Shown: positions 48,282-58,960, counted from the first letter of the stretch. The stretch: DNA of 64,000 nucleotides from Candidatus Woesebacteria bacterium RIFCSPHIGHO2_01_FULL_39_32 (GCA_001792345.1 MGGJ01000001.1:292688-356687), one strand, 5' to 3'. A program made the numbers and translations. Notes: generated by a model from the sequence alone, not told the origin.

Positions 48282-49859
48282 ATGAAAAAAACAATCTTAT
48301 CAAAAGATAAAATCAAACACATTGCTAAGTTGGCAAACTTGTCTTTAGGCGAGAAAGAGCTTCAGAAGTACACAGAACAACTATCCTCTGTTTTGAATTA
48401 CGTGGAAATTCTCCGACAAGTCCGCACAAGAAATGTTCCTCCTACTTATCAAGTTTTAGATGAAACTAAGAATATTTTTCGGGAAGATGAGATTAAAGAA
48501 AGTTTTTCACAGAAGGATGCACTTGCCCAATCCAAAGCTACGCATAACGGTTATTTTTTAGCTAGAAATGTATTTGAAGAAAGAGAAACTTCGACTAAAA
48601 TCCTAAAACACAAAAAAAGAAAGGTAATAGATAAATACAATGCGATTTTATCCTTAGTAAATTCAAAGGGAAATGTTGGTCACAAAGACTTATTCATAAC
48701 AAAAGGAATTGAAACAACTGCAGGTTCGAGAGTTTTAGAAGGTTATATACCGCAGTACAATTCTTCTGTCGTTTCTGACTTTATAGAGGCTGGTTTTATA
48801 ACAAAATATAAACTAAATCAAGATGCTTGGGGGCATGGGGCAAGCGGTGAAAACTCTGACTTTGGACCAACGAAAAATCCGTGGAACATAAAGAAAGTTG
48901 CCGGTGGTTCCTCAAGTGGAAGCGCGGTGGTTGTCGCAACCAGAAAGGTTGATGTCGCGACGGCAACCGATACCTGCGGTTCTATTCGAATGCCTTCTGC
49001 CTACAATAACGTATGCGGAATAAAGCCAACTTATGGGGCAGTTAGTAGGTATGGAGTCATAGCTTTTGCAAGCAGCTTAGATTGTCCCGGGTTATTATCA
49101 ACTTCAGTTGGAAAACTAAAAAAGTTTTTTAATTTAATAAATAAAAAGGATCTATTTGATGCAACAAGTCAAAGTAAAAGTCGCGGACGAAATTTAGGTA
49201 AACAAAAAGGAATTATCGGAATTCCTATAGAGTTTTTAAGCGATGGGATTGACAGCGAGATCAAAAAAATATTTATGCAAGCCGTGGATACTTTTAAAAA
49301 AGCCAATTTTAAAATTAAAAAAGTATCGCTTCCCCATACGAAATACGGAATTGCCGCTTACTACATTATTGCTCCTACCGAAGCTGCTAGTAACTTGGCA
49401 AGGTACGATGGAGTTCGATATGGAAATGATAGAAACTATTTTGGGCCCGAAGCAAAAAGGAGAATAATGTTGGGAACCTTTGCATCTTCTGCAGGTTATA
49501 CTGGCAGATATTATGAGAAAGCTGCCCGCGTTAGGACACTTTTTATTAGAGATCTAGAAAAAGCTTATAAGAAAGTTGACGCAATTTTAGCTCCAGTTTC
49601 TCCAATACCGCCTTTTGATATTGGTGAGAAATCGGGCGACCCATTGCAACTTTATTTAATGGATATCTACGCCACCCCATCAAGCTTGTCAGGTACGCCA
49701 TCGCTTTCTATTCCCTGCGGTTTTACAAAGAATGATCTTCCAGTTGGAATGCAAATTATGGGTCCAAGATGGTCAGAGGAAATGCTTTTTGATCTAGGGG
49801 AGAAATATCAAAGGCTAACTGACTGGCACAAAAGAAAACCAAACCTAGCTGATGAATAA
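48282..49859 (+). CDS. gatA: Asp/Glu-tRNA amidotransferase: GatC fused in-frame to GatA
   Basis: N-terminal 95 aa IKHIAKLANLSLGEKELQKYTEQLSSVLNYVEIL...NVPPT...REDE matches GatC; followed by the GatA amidase signature GGSSSGSAVVVA...GSIRMPSAYNNVCGIKPTYG. Confidence 0.85.
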   Translation: MKKTILSKDKIKHIAKLANLSLGEKELQKYTEQLSSVLNYVEILRQVRTRNVPPTYQVLDETKNIFREDEIKESFSQKDALAQSKATHNGYFLARNVFEERETSTKILKHKKRKVIDKYNAILSLVNSKGNVGHKDLFITKGIETTAGSRVLEGYIPQYNSSVVSDFIEAGFITKYKLNQDAWGHGASGENSDFGPTKNPWNIKKVAGGSSSGSAVVVATRKVDVATATDTCGSIRMPSAYNNVCGIKPTYGAVSRYGVIAFASSLDCPGLLSTSVGKLKKFFNLINKKDLFDATSQSKSRGRNLGKQKGIIGIPIEFLSDGIDSEIKKIFMQAVDTFKKANFKIKKVSLPHTKYGIAAYYIIAPTEAASNLARYDGVRYGNDRNYFGPEAKRRIMLGTFASSAGYTGRYYEKAARVRTLFIRDLEKAYKKVDAILAPVSPIPPFDIGEKSGDPLQLYLMDIYATPSSLSGTPSLSIPCGFTKNDLPVGMQIMGPRWSEEMLFDLGEKYQRLTDWHKRKPNLADE

Positions 49860-51180
49860 TAGACTTGAGCCGACTATTGGGCTGGAAATACATGCTGAGT
49901 TGCGAACAAACTCAAAAATGTTTTGTGGATGTACAGCTGATCACTTTGGGAAAATCCCAAATACTCAAACATGCCCCGTTTGTTTGGGCCTTCCCGGAGC
50001 ACTCCCAGTACCAAATAAGAAAGCAGTAGAGTGGACAATAATGTTGGGTCTCGCCTTAAACTGTAAAGTTAATCGCGTCTCTAAATTTGACAGAAAGCAT
50101 TACTTTTATCCGGACTTACCAAAAGGATATCAAATTAGCCAATATGATGAACCACTAGCTATAAATGGATGGCTAGAAATCCAAAATCCAAATTCTAAAA
50201 TCCCAGAAAAAATTAGAATCACTAGAGTTCACCTCGAGGAAGATACGGGAAAACTTCAACACACAACTTTGGATGGGAAGAGAGTCACTTTAGTTGATTT
50301 TAATAGAAGCGGAGTTGCCTTGGTTGAGATTGTGACCGAGCCTGATATTCATTCGGGATCACAAACCAAAGAATTCGCTCAAAAACTTCAAAATATTATC
50401 CGTTATCTTGGTATATCGGATTGTGACATGGAAAAAGGCTCTATGCGGCTTGAGGCAAACACATCCTGGGGGTTAGATCTTGGCTATAAAGTTGAAATTA
50501 AAAATCTAAACTCCTTTAGATTTGTTGAAAAAGCCGTTGATTATGATTTGGTGAGGCAAAAAGCGATGCTGGACAAAGGCGAAACCCCAAGACAAGAAAC
50601 GAGGGGCTGGAGTGAGAAAGAAGGAAAAACTGTGACGCAAAGGTATAAAGAAACTGCTGCTGACTACCGATATTTCCCGGAACCTGACATTCCTCCAATG
50701 ATTTTTGATAAAGCATTTATTGAAAGAATCGGAAAATCTATTCCCGAATTACCTGAAACAATGTTAAACCGTTTCGTTAAGCAATATGCTATAAGAAAGG
50801 ATTATGCCGAGATACTCACAACTGAAAAAAATCTTGCTAACTTTACGGAAAAGGTGTTTAAACTTGCATATTCCAACAAAATTCCTTTGGACAAAGTTGC
50901 GGGTTACATCGTAAATTCGAAAATTGATTACAAAAAAGTTGAACCCAAAGAAATCATTACCCTCATACAAAAGAAAAAAGCCGGAAAGGTTGAGAACGAG
51001 GAAGCGATTGTAAAATGGATAGATGCAGTATTAAAGCTAAATCCCCAGGCTGTGGCAGATTATAAAAAGGGTAAATTAAACGCAATCTCAGTTCTTATTG
51101 GAAACGTTATGAAAATATCAAAAGGTTCTGCTAATCCTATGAAAGTTAGGCAGCTAATTGAAAAGAAACTCTCCGATTAG
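49852..51180 (+). CDS. gatB: Asp/Glu-tRNA amidotransferase subunit B
   Basis: PTIGLEIHAEL...KMFCGC...CPVCLGLPGALP. Confidence 0.9.
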   Translation: MNNRLEPTIGLEIHAELRTNSKMFCGCTADHFGKIPNTQTCPVCLGLPGALPVPNKKAVEWTIMLGLALNCKVNRVSKFDRKHYFYPDLPKGYQISQYDEPLAINGWLEIQNPNSKIPEKIRITRVHLEEDTGKLQHTTLDGKRVTLVDFNRSGVALVEIVTEPDIHSGSQTKEFAQKLQNIIRYLGISDCDMEKGSMRLEANTSWGLDLGYKVEIKNLNSFRFVEKAVDYDLVRQKAMLDKGETPRQETRGWSEKEGKTVTQRYKETAADYRYFPEPDIPPMIFDKAFIERIGKSIPELPETMLNRFVKQYAIRKDYAEILTTEKNLANFTEKVFKLAYSNKIPLDKVAGYIVNSKIDYKKVEPKEIITLIQKKKAGKVENEEAIVKWIDAVLKLNPQAVADYKKGKLNAISVLIGNVMKISKGSANPMKVRQLIEKKLSD

Positions 51181-51230
51181 TTTGGTGTATCATTAATCGA
51201 TGATAAGCGGAGCTTGTCACCAACTAGTTT

Positions 51231-52478
51231 ATGATAACCGAGTACGCCGGCCTTTTTTCCAATAGGAAATTTTTATATCTTTGGACTTCACAGATTCTTT
51301 CACAACTGACAATTCAGATAATGAATTTTACTCTCCTTATTTTACTTTTCGATAGGACAGGTTCAACTATTGCGACTTCATTTTTGTGGATCTCATATGC
51401 TCTTCCCGCTATTTTTATAGGTCCGTTTGCTGCGGCCTCAATAGACGTCACAGACAAAAGGAAAGTGCTTATCATAACCAATTTTCTGCAGTCTTTACTT
51501 ATTTTTCTATACGCCTTGGTCCAGCACACTTCTGTCTTTTTACTTTACGGCATAGCAATACTTTATTCTCTATTAAATCAATTCTATGTGCCCGCAGAGC
51601 TAAGTAGCTTACCAACTCTAATCAAAAAAGAGTTTTTATCACAGGCAAACGGTTTATTTTTCATTACCCAGCAAGCAGCATTAATCATTGGTTTTGGTAT
51701 AGCCTCTCCCTTTTATACATATTTAGGTTTTAAAAATACTCTTTTAATATGTTCAATGCTTTTATTGTTGGCTTCGGTCTCTACAGTATTTCTTCCGCGT
51801 ATGATAGTGATTGAAAGGCAAACTAAATTATTAGAAAAAAATCTATTGGCCTTTGTTAAAAAAATCTTGGAAGGCTACGAACTGATAAGGGAAAACAGAA
51901 ACGTTTTAGCACCGTTTTTACTACTGATGAGTCTCCAAATTGCTCTCGCTATCGCAGTTGTTAATGCTCCCGTAATTGCCACTGCCATATTCGGCATTCC
52001 CATTAACTTGATCGGACTTTTCTTAATTGTTCCGGCCGGTGTTGGATCAGCAATTGGGGCCTTTATAATTCCCAGACTATTAAGAAAAAATGTAAGGAAA
52101 ATAAAGCTTATCCAAAATTTTCTTTTTGTTTTGTCTTTAGTCCTTTTCACACTGATCTTTATTCTACCTAACTTTCCGCAGCCACAAAGATTGGTTATCG
52201 GAATGATCACGCTTATCCTCTCTGGAATATCCTTCGTTGGTGTATTTATCCCATCGCAAACATTTCTTCAGGAAAAAACTCCCGGAGGATTTCGTGGTAG
52301 AGTTTTTGGTAATTATTGGTTTTTGGTCACCATAGCAACAGTGTTTCCTGTAATTTTTTCGGGAACAATAACTGAACTTTTCGGTATTAAAATTTTGCTT
52401 TTCATACTAGCAATAGGGTTAGCTAGTTTGTTTGTTTTCATTCGCAACCGAGGAGAAGCTTTTTTATCGAGTATCTAA
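51231..52478 (+). CDS. MFS transporter
   Basis: 12 TM segments, RK-rich loop between TM2 and TM3. Confidence 0.8.
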   Translation: MITEYAGLFSNRKFLYLWTSQILSQLTIQIMNFTLLILLFDRTGSTIATSFLWISYALPAIFIGPFAAASIDVTDKRKVLIITNFLQSLLIFLYALVQHTSVFLLYGIAILYSLLNQFYVPAELSSLPTLIKKEFLSQANGLFFITQQAALIIGFGIASPFYTYLGFKNTLLICSMLLLLASVSTVFLPRMIVIERQTKLLEKNLLAFVKKILEGYELIRENRNVLAPFLLLMSLQIALAIAVVNAPVIATAIFGIPINLIGLFLIVPAGVGSAIGAFIIPRLLRKNVRKIKLIQNFLFVLSLVLFTLIFILPNFPQPQRLVIGMITLILSGISFVGVFIPSQTFLQEKTPGGFRGRVFGNYWFLVTIATVFPVIFSGTITELFGIKILLFILAIGLASLFVFIRNRGEAFLSSI

Positions 52479-52508
52479 TGGTGAAAATATTTTGCTAAAA
52501 TAGTTAAT

Positions 52509-53234
52509 ATGGACGATCTAGCAGAACAACCTTCAAGAAGAAAATATGAAGAAAGGCACAAAAGTTTAGCAAAACGAACCCACAATTTACTGATGGACGT
52601 AATAAAAAGACAGCATTTTGAGTTGACTCATGACAGCCACATTCCCGAGCTACTTAATCCAAGAGGATTTGAAGAAATAGTAATTCCTGCTACCGAGATG
52701 TTCTTGCAAGAGGGCGATCAAGTTGTGTTTGGATTTATTGATATGGACAAAATGAAGGCAATAAATGATAAATACGGTCATCCAAAGGGAGATGAAGTAA
52801 TAAAAATGCTTGCAGAAGTATTGCAAAAATATTTTAAAAGAGAAACAGACATTATTGCCTTAAATCATCCCAAAGAAGGAGAAAAACCCCAAGGTGGTTT
52901 AGCTAGGCGGGGTGGTGATGAATTTCTTTTAGCTATTGCTTTGACCGACATAGAGAGAGTAAAAATGTTTTTACAAGATGCCAAGGAAGAATTTGAAAAA
53001 GAGGCACAAAAGATAACTCCAGAAATTGTTCCTAGTTTTAGCTTTGGCCTAGCTAGTATGAGAGAAAAACTCGAAGAAATATATGACAGGGATAAAATAC
53101 AAGAAGGAAATCTCGCGGTCTCACAAATTGAAGCAGTAGACGCCGAGCCTTCCTATTTGATGGTATCTGCACTTCAAGTCGCTGAAATGAGAATGTACAA
53201 AGATAAATCAGAAAGGGGACAGGCAAGAACCTAA
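52509..53234 (+). CDS. GGDEF-domain protein (putative diguanylate cyclase) without sensor domain
   Basis: FGFIDMDKMKAINDKYGH...GDEV and RRGGDEF active-site motif. Confidence 0.8.
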   Translation: MDDLAEQPSRRKYEERHKSLAKRTHNLLMDVIKRQHFELTHDSHIPELLNPRGFEEIVIPATEMFLQEGDQVVFGFIDMDKMKAINDKYGHPKGDEVIKMLAEVLQKYFKRETDIIALNHPKEGEKPQGGLARRGGDEFLLAIALTDIERVKMFLQDAKEEFEKEAQKITPEIVPSFSFGLASMREKLEEIYDRDKIQEGNLAVSQIEAVDAEPSYLMVSALQVAEMRMYKDKSERGQART

Positions 53235-56200
53235 TGGCTGATAAATTCGTTCATCTACATGTTCATACTGAATACTCTCTTCTTGATGGATTATCAAATA
53301 TTAAGAAATTGGCTTCTTATGTAAAAGAAAACGACATGGATGCAGTCGCAATAACCGACCATGGAGTAATGTACGGTGTAATTGAATTTTATAAAAAAAT
53401 GAAAAAAGAGGAGATTAAACCAATCATTGGTATGGAAGCTTATACCACCGAAGGTGATTTAAGAAACCGTCCGGAAAGATCAAAACTCAAAAATTACCAC
53501 CTATTACTTCTGGCAAAAAACGAGGTTGGCTACAAAAATCTAATGAAACTTACTTCAATCGGACATTTAGAGGGATATTATTACCGTCCCAGAGTCGACA
53601 GAGATACTCTTAAGAAATACTCGGAAGGTCTCATTTGTACGTCAGCCTGTCCACAAGGAGAAATAGCCCGTGCGCTGTTAGATTCCGACTACAAAAAAGC
53701 AAGAGAGATTGCTATCTGGTTTCTGGACGTTTTTAAAGATGATTATTACTTGGAGATTCAAAGACACGAATATGAAAAGTTTATAAAAAGTGCGGAAAAC
53801 GAGGAAATTAAAAAAAATCTTGCTGAGCTTTCTGACAATGAAAAGCTAGTTAACGATCAAATTATTAAACTCAGTCGCGATTTGGGAATTCCACTTGTGG
53901 CAACAAACGATGCCCACTATATAAAAAAGCAGGATGCAGAAGCCCAAGATGCACTTGTCTGTATTGCAACAGGCAAAAATGTATCCGATCTTAAAAGACT
54001 TCGTTTCATTGATGCTCAAACATTCTATATCCGCACACCCAACGAGATGTATGAGTTGTTTGAGGATTTAGAAGATGCATGTAAAAACACGCTTTTAATT
54101 GCTGATAAATGCGGTATAAATATAACTTTAGATAAATGGTACTTTCCTAAATATCAACTTGAAGCAAAAACTCCGGAGGCGGAACTGGACGAAAAATCTT
54201 GGGCAGGACTCAGGCAGCGCATAGAAAAAATCACTCCTGAAATAAAAGAGCGCCTAACATATGAGCTAGACATAATTAAAAAGAAAGGTTATGCAACATA
54301 TTTTTTGATTGTTTCCGACATGGCTTCTTGGTGTAACGAAAATGGGATTGTCACAAATACAAGAGGCTCTACGGCAGGATCGTTAACAGCATATTCTTTA
54401 GGAATTGTGAATATTAATCCGATGATTTATGATCTTCCTTTTGAACGTTTCTTAACTCCTTGGAGGCCATCTCCACCTGATATAGATTTTGATATCGCGG
54501 ATGATAGACGCGATGAAGTAATCAATTATATAACCGGAAAATACGGGAAAGATAAAGTCGCCCAAATTTGCACTTTCGGTCGAATGCTCGCACGTGCTTC
54601 TGTTCGGGATATTGCCAGAGTACTGGGTTTTCCTTATGCGACAGGAGATAGGATTTCAAAAATTATACCAATAGGTTCTCAAGGGTTTCCGATGACTATA
54701 GAGCACGCTCTGACTATTTCTCCCGAACTTAAAAATATTTATGAAAACGATAAAGACTCTAAAAAAATAATAGACCTTGCAAGGCACGTTGAGGGAAGTG
54801 CAAGGCACATCTCTGTCCACGCAGCAGGAGTTGTAATTGCTCCTTCCGAAATAACGAATTTTACTCCGGTGCAACTTGATCCCGAGGGTAAAAAAATAAT
54901 TACGCAGTACGATATGGATGCATTGGATCCTAATGTATCGCCAGGAGAAGCTGTAGGTTTACTGAAATTTGATCTACTAGGACTAAGAAATCTCTCTATT
55001 TTAGGAGCTGTCATAGATATCGTCCAAAGGCAACAAGAAGTCGAAATAAAATTAATAGATTTACCACTTAACGACAAAAAGACTTTCGAAATGCTCTCTA
55101 AAGGAGATACAATGGGTGTCTTTCAACTCTCGGGAGCTGGTATGACGCGGTATTTAAAGGAACTAAAACCGACTAGGGTTGAGGATCTTATGGCGATGGT
55201 AGCACTTTACCGACCAGGCCCAATGTCGCAGATCCCCGAGTATATAGAGAGGAAAAATAATCCGCAAAAAGTTACATACTTTGACAATAGGATGAAAGAG
55301 TACTTGGACAAATCCTATGGACTGCTAGTTTATCAGGATGATGTGTTTCTTACCGCGATTAATATCGCCGGCTACACGTGGGAAGAAGCGGATAAATTCA
55401 GAAAAGCTGTAGGAAAGAAAATTCCTCAAGAAATGGAGAAACAAAGAGATAGGTTCATTGATGGTGCCGTTAAAAATGGTACAACAAAGGATAAGGCGGA
55501 AGAGCTTTTTAAACTAATCGAGCCTTTTTCGGGATACGGATTTAATAAAGCACATGCGGCAAGCTATGGTATGGTCGCATATTGGACTGGCTACATGAAG
55601 GCTAATTACCCAGTTGAATTTATGGCCGCACTTTTAACCGCAGAGTCAAAAGATAGCGAGAAGATTTCATCCGCCGTCCACGAGTGTCGCAGAATGGGAA
55701 TGAAAGTGCTTCCCCCAGATATCAACGAAAGCGATGTTGGATTTAAAATCGTTCTTGATAACGATTCATTGGAAAAAAAGGCAATAAGATTTGGTTTTGA
55801 TGCTATAAAAAATGTAGGAAAAGCGGCTATTGATGCTATTTTGGAAGCCCGAAGTGAATCCTCCTTTATGACATTCACCGATTTTCTTTCACGGGTTGAT
55901 GCAAGGCGGGTAAACAAAAAAGTCCTGGAAAGTCTAATAAAGGTGGGAGCTCTATCTAAGTTTGGTGGCCGCGCCGCTCTCATCGGTTCAATCGATGCTG
56001 TCAGGGAAAGGGTTGGTAAACCTAAAGGCCCAACTAATCAGGAAGGACTTTTCCAGGAAGACGATATCAAAAAGGCAAGTATTAGCGAACTTATTGAAAA
56101 GATTGCCAACGTTAACGAGTTTAATGAAGACGAGATTCAGGCTCTTGAGCGCCAGCTTCTTGGATTTTCTCTTTCCGCAAAACCGATAAATGAAATTTTA

Positions 56201-56743
56201 GAGCCTATTGAACACATGGCAACACATAAAATTCAGGAAATATTTAGTGACACACAGCCAGATCTGAGTGTAAGAATTGCGGCAATTGTTTCGGACGTAC
56301 GCGTAATAATTACTAAAAAAAGCGGCCAGGAAATGGCTTTCGTAAAAGTCAGAGACGAAACAGGAGTTATCGAGTTGGTAGTTTTTCCTAAAGTATTTCA
56401 AAGTACACGAAATGCTTGGGTAGATAATAGGCCTTTGGTTATTTCCGGACGTGTTGATACGAGAGATGAAGAACCCTCAATATTGGTAAACGAAATTTCA
56501 ACACAAGAGGAGGCAGAGAACTTAAAAGGCAGACTTTTTATTAAAATTCCTAAAGAAACACATGTTGATAGTCTAAGGAAACTGAAAGAAATTTTTTTAG
56601 AAAATCCTGGCAAACAGTCTGTAACTTTAATTTTTGAAGCAGGGAGCCGAAGAACTGTAGATCTACCCGTTCGAATTAGCTGGAGCGAGGACCTATCAAG
56701 ACAAATTTCGAATATACTTGAGTTGAAAAACTCTTTAGATTGA
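53234..56743 (+). CDS. dnaE: DNA polymerase III alpha subunit
   Basis: N-terminal PHP (HLHVHTEYSLLDG), polymerase core, 1169 aa. Confidence 0.95.
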   Translation: MADKFVHLHVHTEYSLLDGLSNIKKLASYVKENDMDAVAITDHGVMYGVIEFYKKMKKEEIKPIIGMEAYTTEGDLRNRPERSKLKNYHLLLLAKNEVGYKNLMKLTSIGHLEGYYYRPRVDRDTLKKYSEGLICTSACPQGEIARALLDSDYKKAREIAIWFLDVFKDDYYLEIQRHEYEKFIKSAENEEIKKNLAELSDNEKLVNDQIIKLSRDLGIPLVATNDAHYIKKQDAEAQDALVCIATGKNVSDLKRLRFIDAQTFYIRTPNEMYELFEDLEDACKNTLLIADKCGINITLDKWYFPKYQLEAKTPEAELDEKSWAGLRQRIEKITPEIKERLTYELDIIKKKGYATYFLIVSDMASWCNENGIVTNTRGSTAGSLTAYSLGIVNINPMIYDLPFERFLTPWRPSPPDIDFDIADDRRDEVINYITGKYGKDKVAQICTFGRMLARASVRDIARVLGFPYATGDRISKIIPIGSQGFPMTIEHALTISPELKNIYENDKDSKKIIDLARHVEGSARHISVHAAGVVIAPSEITNFTPVQLDPEGKKIITQYDMDALDPNVSPGEAVGLLKFDLLGLRNLSILGAVIDIVQRQQEVEIKLIDLPLNDKKTFEMLSKGDTMGVFQLSGAGMTRYLKELKPTRVEDLMAMVALYRPGPMSQIPEYIERKNNPQKVTYFDNRMKEYLDKSYGLLVYQDDVFLTAINIAGYTWEEADKFRKAVGKKIPQEMEKQRDRFIDGAVKNGTTKDKAEELFKLIEPFSGYGFNKAHAASYGMVAYWTGYMKANYPVEFMAALLTAESKDSEKISSAVHECRRMGMKVLPPDINESDVGFKIVLDNDSLEKKAIRFGFDAIKNVGKAAIDAILEARSESSFMTFTDFLSRVDARRVNKKVLESLIKVGALSKFGGRAALIGSIDAVRERVGKPKGPTNQEGLFQEDDIKKASISELIEKIANVNEFNEDEIQALERQLLGFSLSAKPINEILEPIEHMATHKIQEIFSDTQPDLSVRIAAIVSDVRVIITKKSGQEMAFVKVRDETGVIELVVFPKVFQSTRNAWVDNRPLVISGRVDTRDEEPSILVNEISTQEEAENLKGRLFIKIPKETHVDSLRKLKEIFLENPGKQSVTLIFEAGSRRTVDLPVRISWSEDLSRQISNILELKNSLD

Positions 56744-56792
56744 ACAGAAATTGAAAAACTATGCTCTTTTGTTGTAGAATAATCAGGTTTGT

Positions 56793-57164
56793 TTGAAAAA
56801 TATTATGGCACTTTTTGCATCTCACAAAGAAACACAGTTTGGTGTCGGAGACAGAATAAGAGTAATTCAAAAAATAAAGGAAGGGGAAAGAACTAGATCT
56901 TACTCGTTTGAGGGTATGGTATTAGGTATAAAAGGAAGGGATGTAAACCGCTCTTTCACTGTTCGACGCATAGGTGCCGGTCATATAGGTATTGAGCGAA
57001 TATATCCGCTTGCATCTCCGACAATTGAAAAAATTGAGGTTCTCAGGCGCGGGAAGGAAGGAGTTAGACATGCAAAACTTTACTACAGTCGAGATAAGTC
57101 AAAAAAAGAAATAGAGAAAATATTCTCCAGAGCTGCTAGAAAAATCAAGGCCAAAAAGAAGTAG
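56793..57164 (+). CDS. rplS: 50S ribosomal protein L19
   Basis: VGDRIRVIQKIKEGERTRSYSFEGMVLGIKG...FTVRRI..GIGIERIYPL. Confidence 0.9.
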   Translation: MKNIMALFASHKETQFGVGDRIRVIQKIKEGERTRSYSFEGMVLGIKGRDVNRSFTVRRIGAGHIGIERIYPLASPTIEKIEVLRRGKEGVRHAKLYYSRDKSKKEIEKIFSRAARKIKAKKK

Positions 57165-57176
57165 TATTAATAACTT

Positions 57177-57551
57177 ATGAAGGGTAAACGTGGATGGGGA
57201 CAGGCAGGAGAAGAATACGCCACAGAACTTCTCAAGAAAAACGGTTACACGATTCTAGAAAGAAACTACAAAAGCGTTATCGGTGAAATAGATATTATTG
57301 CACTTGACCCTTCGACAGGCTCAGGGCCTGACGGTACGCTGGTTTTTGTTGAAGTAAAGACTAGATGGAGCCCAAAATTTGGAACTCCTCAGGAAGCTGT
57401 AAATTCCCGAAAACTATATAAAATTAAAAGGGTAGGGGAATACTATTTGATGACACATCCGACTTCTCCTCGAAAGCTTCGGATCGATGTTGTAGCAATT
57501 GAAATGGATAAGGCAACTGTCAAAAGCTCTAAAATTATTAAAGTAGTCTGA
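57177..57551 (+). CDS. yraN: YraN-family (UPF0102) endonuclease
   Basis: GEEYATELLKKNGYTILERNYKSVIGEIDIIA...VFVEVKTR. Confidence 0.85.
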   Translation: MKGKRGWGQAGEEYATELLKKNGYTILERNYKSVIGEIDIIALDPSTGSGPDGTLVFVEVKTRWSPKFGTPQEAVNSRKLYKIKRVGEYYLMTHPTSPRKLRIDVVAIEMDKATVKSSKIIKVV

Positions 57552-57570
57552 AACTGATATAATTATCTCT

Positions 57571-57792
57571 ATGGCAGAAAAAGCAAAAAAGAACAAACGC
57601 ACCAACATACACTTCAGGCAAACTTCAAAGGAATTTAGAGCTCAGAAACAAAATCAAGTCTACTCTGTGATGAATAGAAATTTACCTTACAGGGTATATA
57701 ATTTTTCCAAAAATCTTTTTAATGATCAACTTCAAAAATTGAAATTAAAAGCTACTAAAAAACCGGCGCCCTCTCGCAGAGTCAATTTCTGA
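57571..57792 (+). CDS. hypothetical small basic protein
   Basis: 73-aa lysine-rich ORF. Confidence 0.25.
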   Translation: MAEKAKKNKRTNIHFRQTSKEFRAQKQNQVYSVMNRNLPYRVYNFSKNLFNDQLQKLKLKATKKPAPSRRVNF

Positions 57793-57846
57793 ATCCGCTG
57801 AGTAACACCGGCAGCATATACTAGCATATAATCAAATTCCTTCATA

Positions 57847-58647
57847 CTACGGCTTTATACAAAAGTAACTTCCAATAGTCGAAATCTCGGTTAGTTTGAT
57901 AAGGTTTGTAATAAATGCAGAATGACTTCCTCCATCAAGATTAATTGCGTCTTTAATTTCAAATGCAGTATTTTTCTGTAAGTCTGATAACACACTTGGT
58001 ACTTCAGTAAGTTTAGGACCCAAAAGTGTGTTTGATTTATCATAAATTGCTATAAAAACTACTTCACCTTTGTCTGTTACAGCTGCGATAATTCTTCTTG
58101 CATTTTCGTCACGTTCTAAACTTATTGTCAGGGTATCTTCGTCTCTCATGAGTATAGGGCCGGATTGAACAGCAATTTTTGGATTTTGCGGAGGAGCGGA
58201 TGAAATAAAAGCAACGTTTTCTTCATCAATGAAAAAATAACCATTAAAAGTTGTATTTTCTTGAGCTTCACTTAACTTAACAAAGTTTGTTACAAAAAGT
58301 CCTATATGAGTGTTTTTCTCGGAATAAAAAGAGCCGGATAAAAGATGATTACAACTATGTTTAGATAGAGCATCGCCTGAGGGAAGATCTTCTTCTAGGT
58401 TTGAAAAAAGCTCTATTTTATCCGTATCACGAATTATTACCCAAACTGTTTTATATTGCGGATTATCAATAGGTTCAAATTGTGTTCCTGGCGTGGGACT
58501 AAAATCAATTTTGGGTGTTGTTTCAAAACTTCCTTCAGATGTTTTATCGGGAAAATTGTTTCCGCTTCTTTTTATAAAGTTACTAATTATTAAATAAGCT
58601 AAGATTATAGTTATGACTGAAGCTATGATTGTTAATACTTTTTTCAC
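57847..58647 (-). CDS. phosphodiester glycosidase (NAGPA/DUF2233-like) family protein with N-terminal TM
   Basis: C-terminal ...AINLDGGSHSAF... motif. Confidence 0.6.
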   Translation of the reverse strand: MKKVLTIIASVITIILAYLIISNFIKRSGNNFPDKTSEGSFETTPKIDFSPTPGTQFEPIDNPQYKTVWVIIRDTDKIELFSNLEEDLPSGDALSKHSCNHLLSGSFYSEKNTHIGLFVTNFVKLSEAQENTTFNGYFFIDEENVAFISSAPPQNPKIAVQSGPILMRDEDTLTISLERDENARRIIAAVTDKGEVVFIAIYDKSNTLLGPKLTEVPSVLSDLQKNTAFEIKDAINLDGGSHSAFITNLIKLTEISTIGSYFCIKP

Positions 58648-58712
58648 TCTATAAGCATAACAATATTTAGTGTTTTTGGAAATATTAGTATTAGTGATAC
58701 AATACTAAGAAT

Positions 58713-58952
58713 ATGGCGAAAAGATTGAAACCTTCTGCCCAAGAAGTTAGTTTCAATACCACACTTTTTTTATTCACTCTTTCATTTTTCCTTATTACAG
58801 TGGTGACATATCAATTTAAAAAAATTACTTATAATCTTGCTTACTATCAACTATCGGCTATAGAACAAAAGTGTCGTGTATATCCAAAAAACCCTAAGGT
58901 ATTAAAGTGGACAGAAGCCGAACTTCATCAAAAGTGTAGGATATTACGTTAG
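58713..58952 (+). CDS. hypothetical small membrane protein
   Basis: 79-aa ORF. Confidence 0.3.
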   Translation: MAKRLKPSAQEVSFNTTLFLFTLSFFLITVVTYQFKKITYNLAYYQLSAIEQKCRVYPKNPKVLKWTEAELHQKCRILR

Positions 58953-58960
58953 AATCCGCT

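Noticed and set aside
54656-56613. Several minus-strand ORFs (54656-54874, 54739-55077, 55606-55983, 56198-56613)
   Set aside because: All lie antisense within dnaE; spurious.
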